Origin: Kiritimatiellia bacterium
GTDB taxonomy: Bacteria; Verrucomicrobiota; Kiritimatiellia; JAKQHR01
DNA length: 64,000 bases
Direction of reading: 5' to 3'
Assembly (NCBI GenBank): GCA_050178035.1
Contig: JBFXGK010000014.1
Location: 8,649-72,648 of the forward strand
Shown here: piece after piece, positions 19,066 through 28,800 of the stretch
Layout: each line of letters starts with the position of its first letter
Position numbering within the stretch: position 1 is the first letter of the stretch
Made by a program: the position numbers and the translations under genes
The notes under the pieces: model-generated
The model's database searches: none
What the model saw: the letters and a program-made list of their open reading frames with translations, nothing else
What the model was told of the DNA's origin: nothing

Positions 19066-19113
19066 ACATTCATGAGTTGACTCTGGTGATGTTCCCGCTT
19101 AGCCTCGGCGCCC

Positions 19114-20022
19114 ATGAAAACTTGCATTCTAACCATCGCATGCTGCGGTTTGCTGAGCTCGGGCATGGCCTATGCACAGGAAGCCGCAACCAACGAGGTT
19201 CTGCCCGATGTTGAACCCGCCGCCGCGGAAGATATAGTCATCAAGCCGCCGAAACCCGTGTCCCCCTTCAAAGGCTCCGACATGCTGGATGCCTTCAAGG
19301 GCAAGGATGTTTCACGCTTCGGCGTCAGCGGGCGCGTCCACAAGATGCCCGACAAGAAATCTAAAAAACGGGAAAAGGGCTGCTGGCGCGGGAAACTGGA
19401 TATCGGTGTCAGCACGGCATCGGGCAACAGCGACATCCTGCGCTACGACGGTTCGCTTACCGCATCCAAGGAGACCGAGGAGAACTATTTATTTCTGAAG
19501 GGCGCCGGGCGCTATGGCGAATGCGACCAGGAAAAGGATACCGAGAACGCCACCGGTGAAGCCAAATACCAGCACCGCTTGTCGGACAGAATGTATTCCT
19601 CACTGGACGGGCACATCATGCACGACGGCATCGCTGATGTCTCCTACCGCGCGCGCGGCAGTCTTTCGCTGGGCCGGAAGTTCATCTGGACCGACCGGAC
19701 CGTGCTGGCCATCGAAGCCGGCCCCGGCTACGTGGAAGAGCGCAAGGGCGGCGAGGAAACCGGCTTTGTGGCCGGGCGCGCGGCTCAGTATCTTGAAATC
19801 CTGATCACCGACAGCCTGCAGATCTGGCAGTCGGCAGAGTACGTCGCCGACATCACCGATTCCGCCGTCTACTTCATCAATGCCGAAGTCGGACTTGAAA
19901 CCGTTCTGGTAGCCAACATGAGCCTGCGCTTCACCGTCGAAGACCACTACGACAGCAATCCCGCCGAGGACAAGGAAAGCAACGACCTGCTGACCACCAC
20001 CTCGTTCGTCTGGAATTTCTGA
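19114..20022 (+). CDS. Outer-membrane beta-barrel protein, possibly DUF481/YdiY-like.
   Basis: Signal peptide, followed by about 250 aa of alternating beta-strand pattern, ending ...TTSFVWNF. Confidence 0.45.
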   Translation: MKTCILTIACCGLLSSGMAYAQEAATNEVLPDVEPAAAEDIVIKPPKPVSPFKGSDMLDAFKGKDVSRFGVSGRVHKMPDKKSKKREKGCWRGKLDIGVSTASGNSDILRYDGSLTASKETEENYLFLKGAGRYGECDQEKDTENATGEAKYQHRLSDRMYSSLDGHIMHDGIADVSYRARGSLSLGRKFIWTDRTVLAIEAGPGYVEERKGGEETGFVAGRAAQYLEILITDSLQIWQSAEYVADITDSAVYFINAEVGLETVLVANMSLRFTVEDHYDSNPAEDKESNDLLTTTSFVWNF

Positions 20023-20049
20023 CGCCCGCAAAAGTTCCAACCATTGGAA

Positions 20050-20137
20050 GTTTTGCCGGAAAAAGTTCCAATCATTGGAAGTTTTTGCGCGGAAAGTTCC
20101 AATGATTGGAAAAAGTCTGTTCATCCGCGTTTTCCAT
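20050..20137 (+). promoter_or_regulatory. Triple tandem array of the pseudo-palindrome AAGTTCCAA-N3-TTGGAAGTTTT (period about 31 bp), immediately upstream of the murC-like gene.
   Basis: Copies lie at about 20050-20074, 20081-20107 and 20113-20137. The core has 6-bp arms TTCCAA / TTGGAA with a 3-nt spacer (CCA, TCA, TGA). Confidence 0.6.
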
Positions 20138-20152
20138 CCTATTATAGGCCGC

Positions 20153-21493
20153 ATGTTTTTTCAGGTTGCACAGAAGCATTGCCATCTGGCGGGCGTCGCC
20201 GGGGTCGGCATGAGCGCCATGGCCGAACTGCTGATGGATCTCGGCGCGGAGGTCTCCGGCTCGGACCGGTTCCATGACCAGGGCCAGGAGGTCCCCGTTC
20301 TCCGCAGGCTGACCGCGCAGGGCATGAAGCTGGTTCCGCAGGACGGGTCCGGCATCCGCCGCGACACCGCCGCGCTGATCTGCAGCACGGCCATCGAGGG
20401 CGACAATCCCGAACTGGCCGCCGCAAAAAAGCTGAACATCCCCGTCATCACCCGCGGCGACATGCTGGGGCGGCTTGCGGAGGGCCAGCGCTGCGTGGCG
20501 GTCGGCGGAACTTCCGGTAAAACCACCGTCACCGGCATGACCGGCTGGCTTCTCACGGAACTGGGCGGCGATCCGACCGTCGCGAACGGCGGAGCCGTGA
20601 TCGGCTGGGACAGCGAAACCCGCGTCGGGAGCATCCGCGCCGGCAAATCTGATTTGTGGGTGGCCGAAGCCGACGAGAGCGACCGCTCCTGCCTTTTCCT
20701 GCATCCGGAGTGGAGCATCATCACCAACATATCCCACGATCATTTTCCGCTCCCGGAAACCATCGAGCTGTTCCGGCAGTTTGCCGCGCAGACCGCCAGG
20801 CAGGTCGTGTGCTTTCCGGAAATTGCGAAACATTTTCCCAACAGCCGCGCCATTGAGAACACGGTTTTCAGAAAAGGAGAACGATGGGTTTTCAATTTGG
20901 AAAATCTGGAATTCGCGTCTCCCCTGCCCGGACGGCATAATGCGGAAAACGCGCTGCTGGCCTGCGCGCTGTGCGTCGCGATGGAATACGATGCAAAAGC
21001 CGTCCGGAAGGCGCTGGCGAGTTTCAAGGGCATACGCCGCCGTCTGGAACTGGCGGGCGAGGCCCGCGGCATCCGGGTTTATGACGACTATGCCCACAAC
21101 CCGGCCAAGATCGCGGCGGCATGGGCCACCGTGGCGGAAAATTCATCCCGCGTGCTGGGCGTGTGGCGGCCGCACGGCTTCGGGCCGATGCGGCAGATGA
21201 AGGATTCGCTGATCGAAATGTTCTGCGCCACGCTCCGCAAAGATGATGAACTTTTCCTCCTGCCCGTTTATTACGCAGGCGGAACCGCCGCGAAGGATAT
21301 TTCATCGGACGATCTCGCCGCCGCGCTGCAGGCACGGGGCGTGAAGGCTTCGGCGGTCCGGAATTACGATGACCTGACGAAACAGATTCTTGAAACAGTG
21401 ACCGCCCGTGACGCCGTCCTGGTCATGGGCGCGCGCGATCCGGAGCTGCCTGTTTTTGCGCGGCAGACGGCAAAGAGGATTCATGACCAGTAA
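20153..21493 (+). CDS. murC: Mur ligase, most likely UDP-N-acetylmuramate--L-alanine ligase.
   Basis: N-terminal HLAGVAGVGMSAMAELL, P-loop GGTSGKTTVTGM, and the AEADESDRS motif. The ORF's upstream ATG at 20075 merely reads through the repeat array. Confidence 0.65.
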   Translation: MFFQVAQKHCHLAGVAGVGMSAMAELLMDLGAEVSGSDRFHDQGQEVPVLRRLTAQGMKLVPQDGSGIRRDTAALICSTAIEGDNPELAAAKKLNIPVITRGDMLGRLAEGQRCVAVGGTSGKTTVTGMTGWLLTELGGDPTVANGGAVIGWDSETRVGSIRAGKSDLWVAEADESDRSCLFLHPEWSIITNISHDHFPLPETIELFRQFAAQTARQVVCFPEIAKHFPNSRAIENTVFRKGERWVFNLENLEFASPLPGRHNAENALLACALCVAMEYDAKAVRKALASFKGIRRRLELAGEARGIRVYDDYAHNPAKIAAAWATVAENSSRVLGVWRPHGFGPMRQMKDSLIEMFCATLRKDDELFLLPVYYAGGTAAKDISSDDLAAALQARGVKASAVRNYDDLTKQILETVTARDAVLVMGARDPELPVFARQTAKRIHDQ

Positions 21494-22919
21494 AACACGA
21501 GCGCCCTTTGTGCCCGGCGGCTACCGGGAGGTTTTCCAGGTGGCCTGGCCTCTGATCGTCAGCATGGGCTCATTCACGCTGATGACTTTCGCGGACCGCA
21601 TTTTTCTTGCGCGCTACAGCACCACCGCGATTCAGGCGGCCGTGCCGTCCGGCATCCTGGTGTTCTGCCTCTGCTGCGGATTCATGGCGCTGGCCTCCTA
21701 TGCCTCGACTTTTGTCTCGCAGTATTACGGGGCGCGCGAGTTTCCGCTTTGCGGCGTGGCCACGGCGCAGGGCGTGCTGCTCGCGCTGATCACCTGGCCG
21801 CTGCTGATCATCCTGATCCCGTGCGGCCGCTGGCTGCTGGCGATCAGCGGGCACGCGCCGGCGGTGCTGGAGATGGAGCTCACGTATTTCACCATCCTGA
21901 TGTGGGGCGCGGGATCCATCGCGCTGGGCGCGGCCATCGCGGGATTTTTCACCGGCCTGGGCGACACGCGCACCACGATGATCACCAACGTGCTCGGCAA
22001 CGGGCTGAACATCGTGCTCGACTATGCGATGATCTTCGGCAAATGGGGCTTCCCCGAAATGGGCATCGCGGGCGCGGCCGTCGCGACGGTGATTGCCGGC
22101 TTTGTGAGCCCGCTGATCCTTCTGGGCCTTTACTTCAGCAAGCGCTATCTTGAGGTGTTCCAGACGCGCAGCACGTTCCGCTACAACCACCGCATTTTCT
22201 GGCGGGTCGTGCGCTTCGGGCTTCCGTCGGGCATTCATCTCTCGCTGGACATTGCCTCGTTCACCATGTTCGTGATCCTCACCGGCCGGCTGGATCCGAC
22301 GGAGCTGGCCGCGAGCAACATCGCGCTGAGCATCAACACGCTGGCCTTCATGCCGCTGATCGGTCTGGGGATCGCCGCTTCGATCCTGGTCGGGCAGTAC
22401 ATCGGGCGGAGCCAGCCGGAGCACGCCGAAAAGGCCGCCTGGAACGCATGGCAGATGGGCATGCTCTACATGCTGCTGACCGGCATCACGTTTGTGCTGT
22501 TCCCGGAATTCTACTATGCGCTCTTCGTGAACCGCGCCACCAGCGGCATTCCCCTCAGCGATCTTGTGCCCATCGGGCGGATGCTTCTGCTGATCCTTCC
22601 GGTGTGGGGCATCATGGATGTCAGCAACCTCGTCATCGGGCACGCGCTCAAGGGCGCGGGCGACACGGATTATGTGATGTATTATTCGGTGGGCGCGGCA
22701 TGGCTCCTGCTGGTGCCGGGGCAGCTGCTGATCGTCAACGTGCTGCACGGATCCATCGTCCATTCGTGGATGTGGACGGCCTTCTTCATTGCCGTGCTGG
22801 GCGTCGGCTATCTGTTCCGTTTCCGGAAGGGGCGCTGGAAAACGATTGACCTGATGGGCCGCCACACGCCGCCGATCGAGCCCGCGCGCGGAGGCGCCGA
22901 GGCGCTGGCCGCGGATTAA
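21483..22919 (+). CDS. MATE-family multidrug/oligosaccharidyl-lipid efflux transporter.
   Basis: Twelve predicted TM helices. The repeat organisation and length are typical of NorM/DinF. ATGA overlap with murC. Confidence 0.8.
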   Translation: MTSKTRAPFVPGGYREVFQVAWPLIVSMGSFTLMTFADRIFLARYSTTAIQAAVPSGILVFCLCCGFMALASYASTFVSQYYGAREFPLCGVATAQGVLLALITWPLLIILIPCGRWLLAISGHAPAVLEMELTYFTILMWGAGSIALGAAIAGFFTGLGDTRTTMITNVLGNGLNIVLDYAMIFGKWGFPEMGIAGAAVATVIAGFVSPLILLGLYFSKRYLEVFQTRSTFRYNHRIFWRVVRFGLPSGIHLSLDIASFTMFVILTGRLDPTELAASNIALSINTLAFMPLIGLGIAASILVGQYIGRSQPEHAEKAAWNAWQMGMLYMLLTGITFVLFPEFYYALFVNRATSGIPLSDLVPIGRMLLLILPVWGIMDVSNLVIGHALKGAGDTDYVMYYSVGAAWLLLVPGQLLIVNVLHGSIVHSWMWTAFFIAVLGVGYLFRFRKGRWKTIDLMGRHTPPIEPARGGAEALAAD

Positions 22920-22928
22920 CTCCGCGCA

Positions 22929-24557
22929 TTATGCGTTATCGCCTTTCGCCGAATGTATCCGCTGAGGAAGGTTGAGCAGTTTGGCTTCCGGGTTGCGCTC
23001 GCAGAAATATTTCAGCATCCACTCGGTGTCGAACAGCGCCACTTTGCGGCCGGACGCATCCTGCGCCAGCCGGCACGTGGAGGGAAGCATGCCCTCCTCA
23101 ACCACTGATTTCCCGCCGGCGGATTCATCCACCCAGCGGATCACCTTGTACGGCGCCGGCTCAAGCCGCGCCGTCGCGCCGTACTCGTTTTCCAGCCGGT
23201 ATTTGAACACCTCGAACTGGAGCGTGCCGACCGCGCCCAGCAGCGGCGTGTTTTGAGCCTGCCCCGGGAACTGGAACGACTGCAGGGCGCCCTCCTGCAG
23301 CAGATGATTCACCCCGGCCCGGAAACGCTTGTATTGCGCGGGAACCGGATTGTAGAGCATGGCGAAGCACTCCGGGGCGAACTGCGGCATTTCGTCATAC
23401 AAAATCGCCGGGTCCTCCGTCAGCGTGTCCCCGATGCCGAAGACGGAATGACCGACCAGCCCGATGACATCGCCGGGATATGCCGTGTCCACCGTCTCGC
23501 GTTCGCGGGCGAGCACCCGGTGGGAACTGGAAAGCCGCACCTGCTCGCCGGTGCGCGAATGGGTCACGCGCATGTCGCGGGTGAAGCAGCCGGAGCATAT
23601 GCGCAGGAAAGCGATCTGGTCGCGATGCTTCGGATCCATGTTGGACTGGATCTTGAAGATGAAACCCGAAAACGCTGAATCCTCCGGAAGAATTTTCCGC
23701 GCGCCCGAAAAACGCGGCTGGGGCGGCGGGGCATAGTCAAGAATGGCGTCCAGCATCATCTGCACCCCGAAATTGTTGAGGGCGCTTCCGAAAAACACAG
23801 GGCTGAGTTCACCGGCCTGCACCTCCGGCAAATCGAACTTTTCCCCGGCGGCGTCCAGGACATGGAGGTCGCTGATGACGGCTTCATAGACATCGGACGG
23901 GAGCCGCTCGCGCACCTGCGGATCGGTGACGGAATGCACCGCCACGGGCGCGCGGTAAGCGCCGTGGTCAGTTCGCTCATAGAAGTGAGCCTGGCTGGCC
24001 CGGCGGTCATAGACCCCCTGGAACCCGGCGCCATCGCCCATGGGCCAGTTCATCGCGCAGACGCGCAGTTGCAGCGTATGCTCCAGTTCGTCCAGCAGTT
24101 CCAGCGGATGGCGCGACGGGCGGTCGAGCTTGTTCATGAAGGTGAAAATCGGGATGCCGCGCATGCGGCAGATTTCAAACAGCTTGCGGGTCTGGCTCTC
24201 GATGCCCTTGGCCGCGTCAATCACCATGATCACCGCGTCCACCGCCATCAGCACACGATAGGTGTCTTCCGAAAAATCACGATGCCCGGGGGTGTCGAGC
24301 AGGTTGACGCAAAACCCGCGGTAATCGAACTGGAGCACGGTTGAGCTGACGGAAATTCCGCGCTGCTTCTCCAGTTCCATCCAGTCAGACGTGGTGGTGC
24401 GCTGATTCCTGCGCGCCGTCACGGAGCCGGCAAGCTGGATCGCGCCGCCGTACAGCAGCAGCTTTTCCGTCAGCGTCGTTTTGCCGGCGTCCGGGTGCGA
24501 AATAATCGCAATCGTCCGCCGCCTGGCAATTTCCTGTTTGATGCTCATTGATGTCAT
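22929..24557 (-). CDS. prfC: Peptide chain release factor 3.
   Basis: RRTIAIISHPDAGKTTLTEKLL, DTPGHRDF, and NKLDR GTPase motifs. Length fits RF3. Confidence 0.9.
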   Translation of the reverse strand: MTSMSIKQEIARRRTIAIISHPDAGKTTLTEKLLLYGGAIQLAGSVTARRNQRTTTSDWMELEKQRGISVSSTVLQFDYRGFCVNLLDTPGHRDFSEDTYRVLMAVDAVIMVIDAAKGIESQTRKLFEICRMRGIPIFTFMNKLDRPSRHPLELLDELEHTLQLRVCAMNWPMGDGAGFQGVYDRRASQAHFYERTDHGAYRAPVAVHSVTDPQVRERLPSDVYEAVISDLHVLDAAGEKFDLPEVQAGELSPVFFGSALNNFGVQMMLDAILDYAPPPQPRFSGARKILPEDSAFSGFIFKIQSNMDPKHRDQIAFLRICSGCFTRDMRVTHSRTGEQVRLSSSHRVLARERETVDTAYPGDVIGLVGHSVFGIGDTLTEDPAILYDEMPQFAPECFAMLYNPVPAQYKRFRAGVNHLLQEGALQSFQFPGQAQNTPLLGAVGTLQFEVFKYRLENEYGATARLEPAPYKVIRWVDESAGGKSVVEEGMLPSTCRLAQDASGRKVALFDTEWMLKYFCERNPEAKLLNLPQRIHSAKGDNA

Positions 24558-24696
24558 CCGTGCATTTTTGCGGGGGATACTGCATGCGATTTCACGCAAT
24601 GTCAATCTGACGGACTCAATTTGATTCGCGCCTGAACGGGAGGCTTCGTTCAAAAGAATCTTTGTGAATCAGCCCCCTTTGTGCTAGGGATGCGGC

Positions 24697-25818
24697 ATGG
24701 AACAGAACCATGAGTTTTTTGCGTCCTGCATTTCCGGCACGGAAGAGGTGCTGTGCGATGAGCTGCGCGAGCTGAAGATCCCGAGTGTCCGCCTGAACCG
24801 GGGAGGCATTCCCTTTCGCGGGGAATGGCGCGACGGCTGGAGGGCCTGTCTCGAAAGCCGGATCGCCCAGCGCATCCAACTGCTTCTGGCGCGGTTCCCC
24901 TGCCCCGACGAGAATGCGCTCTACAAAGGCATCCGCGGCATTGCGTGGGAACAGTACATCACTCCGCAGAAATCCTTTGCCGTGAGCGCTGTCCTGCGCG
25001 CCAGCCATCTCACGCACAGCGGCTTTGCCGCGCTCAAGGTCAAGGATGCCATCGTGGATCATATCCGCGACCGCGAAAACAAGCGCCCTTCCGTTGACCG
25101 CGACGATCCGGATGTGCGCGTGTTTCTGTATGTGGCGAACGACAAGGCCACGGTCTATCTCGACATGTCCGGGGAATCGCTCCATATCCGCGGCTACCGG
25201 GCCCATGCCGTTGAAGCTCCTCTCCGCGAAACACTCGCGGCGGCGCTCCTGCGGATGTCCGGCTGGGACCGCAAGACCCCGCTGATGGACCCCATGTGCG
25301 GCTCTGGGACCATCGCCATTGAAGCGGCCCTGTGGGCGATCAGCAAAGCGCCCAATCTCGACCGCAAGCGGTTCGGCTTTGAGCGCTGGGCAAATTTCGG
25401 CGCGACGGAGGCCGATGCCATGCGTGAACTTCGCGGACAGCTACGGAGCGAAATCTCCGGCACCAGCCCGCGCATTCAGGCCTCGGACATAGATCCCGCT
25501 GCAATAGAAATTGCCCAGAAAAATGCGCGCACCGCGGGTGTCAGGCTTTCCTTCAAGCAGCGCTCCCTGTTCGAGACTCAATTTGACGGAGGGCGGCATC
25601 TGGTCATCTTCAATCCGCCTTACGGCGAGCGTTTGGAAGCGGATCAGGATTTCATCCGCAAAACGGCCTCCGCCGTCAGCCGGATGCACGGCTGGAGGGT
25701 CTGCATTCTTGCCGGAAGTCCCGATTATGAGCGCATGATATCGGCCAAACCCGAAGCCGTAATCCCCATTAAAAACGGGGACATCCCGTGCGACTTCCTG
25801 GTGTACGAAATAGATTGA
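24697..25818 (+). CDS. THUMP-domain class I SAM-dependent RNA methyltransferase (RlmL/Trm-like).
   Basis: N-terminal THUMP region. SAM motif DPMCGSGTIAIEAA. Catalytic NPPYGER motif. Confidence 0.8.
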   Translation: MEQNHEFFASCISGTEEVLCDELRELKIPSVRLNRGGIPFRGEWRDGWRACLESRIAQRIQLLLARFPCPDENALYKGIRGIAWEQYITPQKSFAVSAVLRASHLTHSGFAALKVKDAIVDHIRDRENKRPSVDRDDPDVRVFLYVANDKATVYLDMSGESLHIRGYRAHAVEAPLRETLAAALLRMSGWDRKTPLMDPMCGSGTIAIEAALWAISKAPNLDRKRFGFERWANFGATEADAMRELRGQLRSEISGTSPRIQASDIDPAAIEIAQKNARTAGVRLSFKQRSLFETQFDGGRHLVIFNPPYGERLEADQDFIRKTASAVSRMHGWRVCILAGSPDYERMISAKPEAVIPIKNGDIPCDFLVYEID

Positions 25819-25893
25819 CACAAACCCCGCACGGGATGACACTATGGTTAGAGCGGGGCAGTAATTACAGGTTCCCCGTGGGGAGGGTGTGTC

Positions 25894-28800
25894 ATGAAAA
25901 AGGGGTTGCTGGTTCTCTCATCTTTCTGCTTGTTGCACTTCGCGTTTTCTGCTCCCGCGCAAGATTTAGATTTCGGTGATGCCCCGGAGGGAGCACTGGC
26001 ATATCCGGCAGGTGGTGTTTCAGGCTCTTTCCCAACTTGCCAAAACGTACCCGTAGCAGGCTGGATCCAACATGGCTGGGTTTGGGCATATTTCGGACTT
26101 TCCAAAGATTATGAGACGGAGGGTAATGCTGGCAGCTGCCCTTTATTCAATCCCAACATGTATGACCAGGATGAATGCATGGGCGGCAACGACGCCGGAT
26201 TGATGTTTCCCGATTCTTTTACCATAGTCGGACCGCTCGGATCAGAAACAGTCCAGCCATGCAGTCCCGGTGCAACCAATACGCTGGGAGCCACCTGCCA
26301 GACGGCTGTCTGGGGAACAAATATTGACATTCTGGTGGTCAACAACATGCCTGTGGTCGGCTATGTCAACGTGCTTATGGACTGGGATCAAAACGGTGTA
26401 TGGTCTGGCAGTTCAACGTGCACGGCCGTCTCTGTACCAGAACACGTACTGATCAACTTCCCGGTGCCGGCCCCATATGCCGGCCCCCTGTCAGCCCTAG
26501 GGCCTCCGAGCTTTGTCATTGGGCCTAACGCCGGCCACGTGTGGTGCCGTTTTTCAATCACTGAAACGAATGTGCCTCTTCCATGGACCGGCGAGGGACA
26601 GTTTGAAGATGGCGAAAGCGAGGACTATCTTCTGGAAGTGCTCGCCGGAGGGACAGAAGAAGAGATAGACTTCGGCGATGCACCGGATCCAACCTATCCA
26701 ACACTGCTGGCTAATAACGGAGCGCGGCACACAATCGTGGCGGGGCTTTCCCTTGGAGCGCTGATTGACGCTGAAGGGGACGGCCAGCCAACAGCCAAAG
26801 CCGATGGAGATGACGTAAATCCTCCGATCGCTTTGGACGACGAGGATGGGGTCACCTTCTTGAACGCGATGTTTGCAGGCGTGCCGAATACTATCCAGGT
26901 GGTGGCACTCGTTCCGGCCGGCACGAACGCCTATCTGAGCGCGTGGATGGATTTCGACGGCGACGGGACATGGACAAACGCCGGTGAGCAAATTCTGGCC
27001 GACACCCCCGTGACAACCGGCACCAACTACGTAAAGTTCGTGCCGGGAGCCATCACGGCGACCAATTCGGTCTTTGCGCGTTTCCGCTTGAGCACACAGA
27101 CAAACCTGACCATCACAGGATTGGCACCTGACGGCGAAGTGGAGGACTATGAGGTCCCCATCGTTCCTGTCAAATGGCTGCAGCCTCCGGATCTGACCAC
27201 CACAGGTGTTGATGTGGACAATACCAGCGTCAGACTCGCAGACGACTTCCTCTGCAACCAGACCGGGCCTCTCACCGATTTCCACATCTGGACCTCATTC
27301 AGCGGAGACGTATTCCCCGAGGATCTTACAAGCCTGAGTTTCACCTTATATCTCTATGCAGATGTCCCGGCAGGTGTGGACCTGCCCTACAGCCATCCCG
27401 GCGAGGAACTCTGGGCTCAAACCTTCGCGGCCGGCACATACCATGCCGGACTTGTATCGAGCGGGATCACCGAGTGGTGGTTTGATCCGGTGCTGGGAAC
27501 ATGGACGTTCCCTGGCGATTCTATGGTCTTCCAATACGATTTTCTCATTCCAGAAGAAGAGGCCTTTGTCCAAACCAACGGCACCATCTACTGGCTGGGC
27601 GTGAAATTCGACGAGGCGGATCCCGGCGGATACCAGCTGGGCTGGAAGAGTTCGCAGGCGCAATGGAACGACGATGCCTGCTGGTATGATGGAGCAATAT
27701 GGCAGGAGCTCCGGTATGGAGATGGACATGAGTTGGCACCAGATTCGATGGATTTGGCATTCGCCGTGACTGGTATCGAGAAGGAGGAAGAAGAGCAGCT
27801 CGACTTCGGCGACGCGCCCGATCCGACCTATCCCACCGTCCTGGCCAGCGGCGGGGCCCGTCATGTCATCGTCCCCGGCGTCTTCATGGGTGCGTCCGTT
27901 GATGCCGAACCCGACGGACAGCAGGATCCGAACTCCCTTGGCGATGACAACAACCCTCCGGCAGGCATTGACGATGAAGATGGGATAATTCTGCCTTCCA
28001 TGCTGGTGGCCGGATCCGCCGCGCCGGTTCAGGTCACGGCCTCCACCAGCGGTTTCCTCAACGTCTGGATTGACTTCAACTGCGATGGTGACTGGGCAGA
28101 CGTCGGCGAGCAGGTATTTCTGAACCATGCCATCAGCGCAGGACTGAATGCTGTTCTGATGGGAATTCCACCGCCGCCGGTAACCAAATCCGGCGGACCG
28201 CATTCCCGCTGGCGCTTCACCACCTATCCACCTGCGGTTCCAGCCTACACAAATTTGGAAATGGACGGCGAAGTTGAAGATTATGAAGTCCGTCTGGAGG
28301 TGCTGGATTTCGGCGACGCTCCGGATCCGTCATATCCAACACTTGCGGCGAGCACCGGCGCCTGCCATCGGATTCCCTCCATTTATTATCTGGGGGCGAC
28401 GGCTCCCGATGATGATCCCGACGGCCAGCCCACTTCAGATGCGACAGGTGACGACAGCGATGGCACGGACGACGAAGACGGTGTGACTCTTGGAGGATCG
28501 CTTATTCAGGGTCAATTAACCGCAGCCACAGTCGTCGCCTCCACAAACGGCTGGCTCGATGCCTGGATGGACTTCAATGCGGACGGTGACTGGGCAGACT
28601 CCAGTGAACCCATTGCGTCATCCTCGAACCTGCTGCCGGGGGCCAACACATTGAACATCAGCGTTCCCTTCACGGCCGCGCTCGGCCCGACCTTTGCCCG
28701 CTTCCGCTTCAGCAGTTCCGCCGCCGGGCTGAACCCCGACGGACTGGCCACGGACGGCGAAGTGGAAGATTACATGATCACGATTTATCAGCGCGGACCG

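Noticed and set aside
20040-20137. CRISPR-array interpretation of the tandem TTCCAA-N3-TTGGAA repeats at 20050-20137 and 29096-29198.
   Set aside because: Only three units are present. The unit plus spacer is about 31 bp, with spacers of only 8-10 bp, and the spacers are near-identical between the two loci. No cas genes are adjacent. An operator array or a MITE is far more likely.
20075-20152. ORF-finder start codons at 20075 (MEVFARKVPMIGKSLF...) and 29155 (MEVFWRKVPTIGSFERGG...).
   Set aside because: These N-terminal extensions are simply translations of the palindromic repeat array, which explains why the two unrelated proteins share MEVF.RKVP.IG. Downstream ATGs with RBS-like context (20153, 29212) match the homologous protein N-termini.
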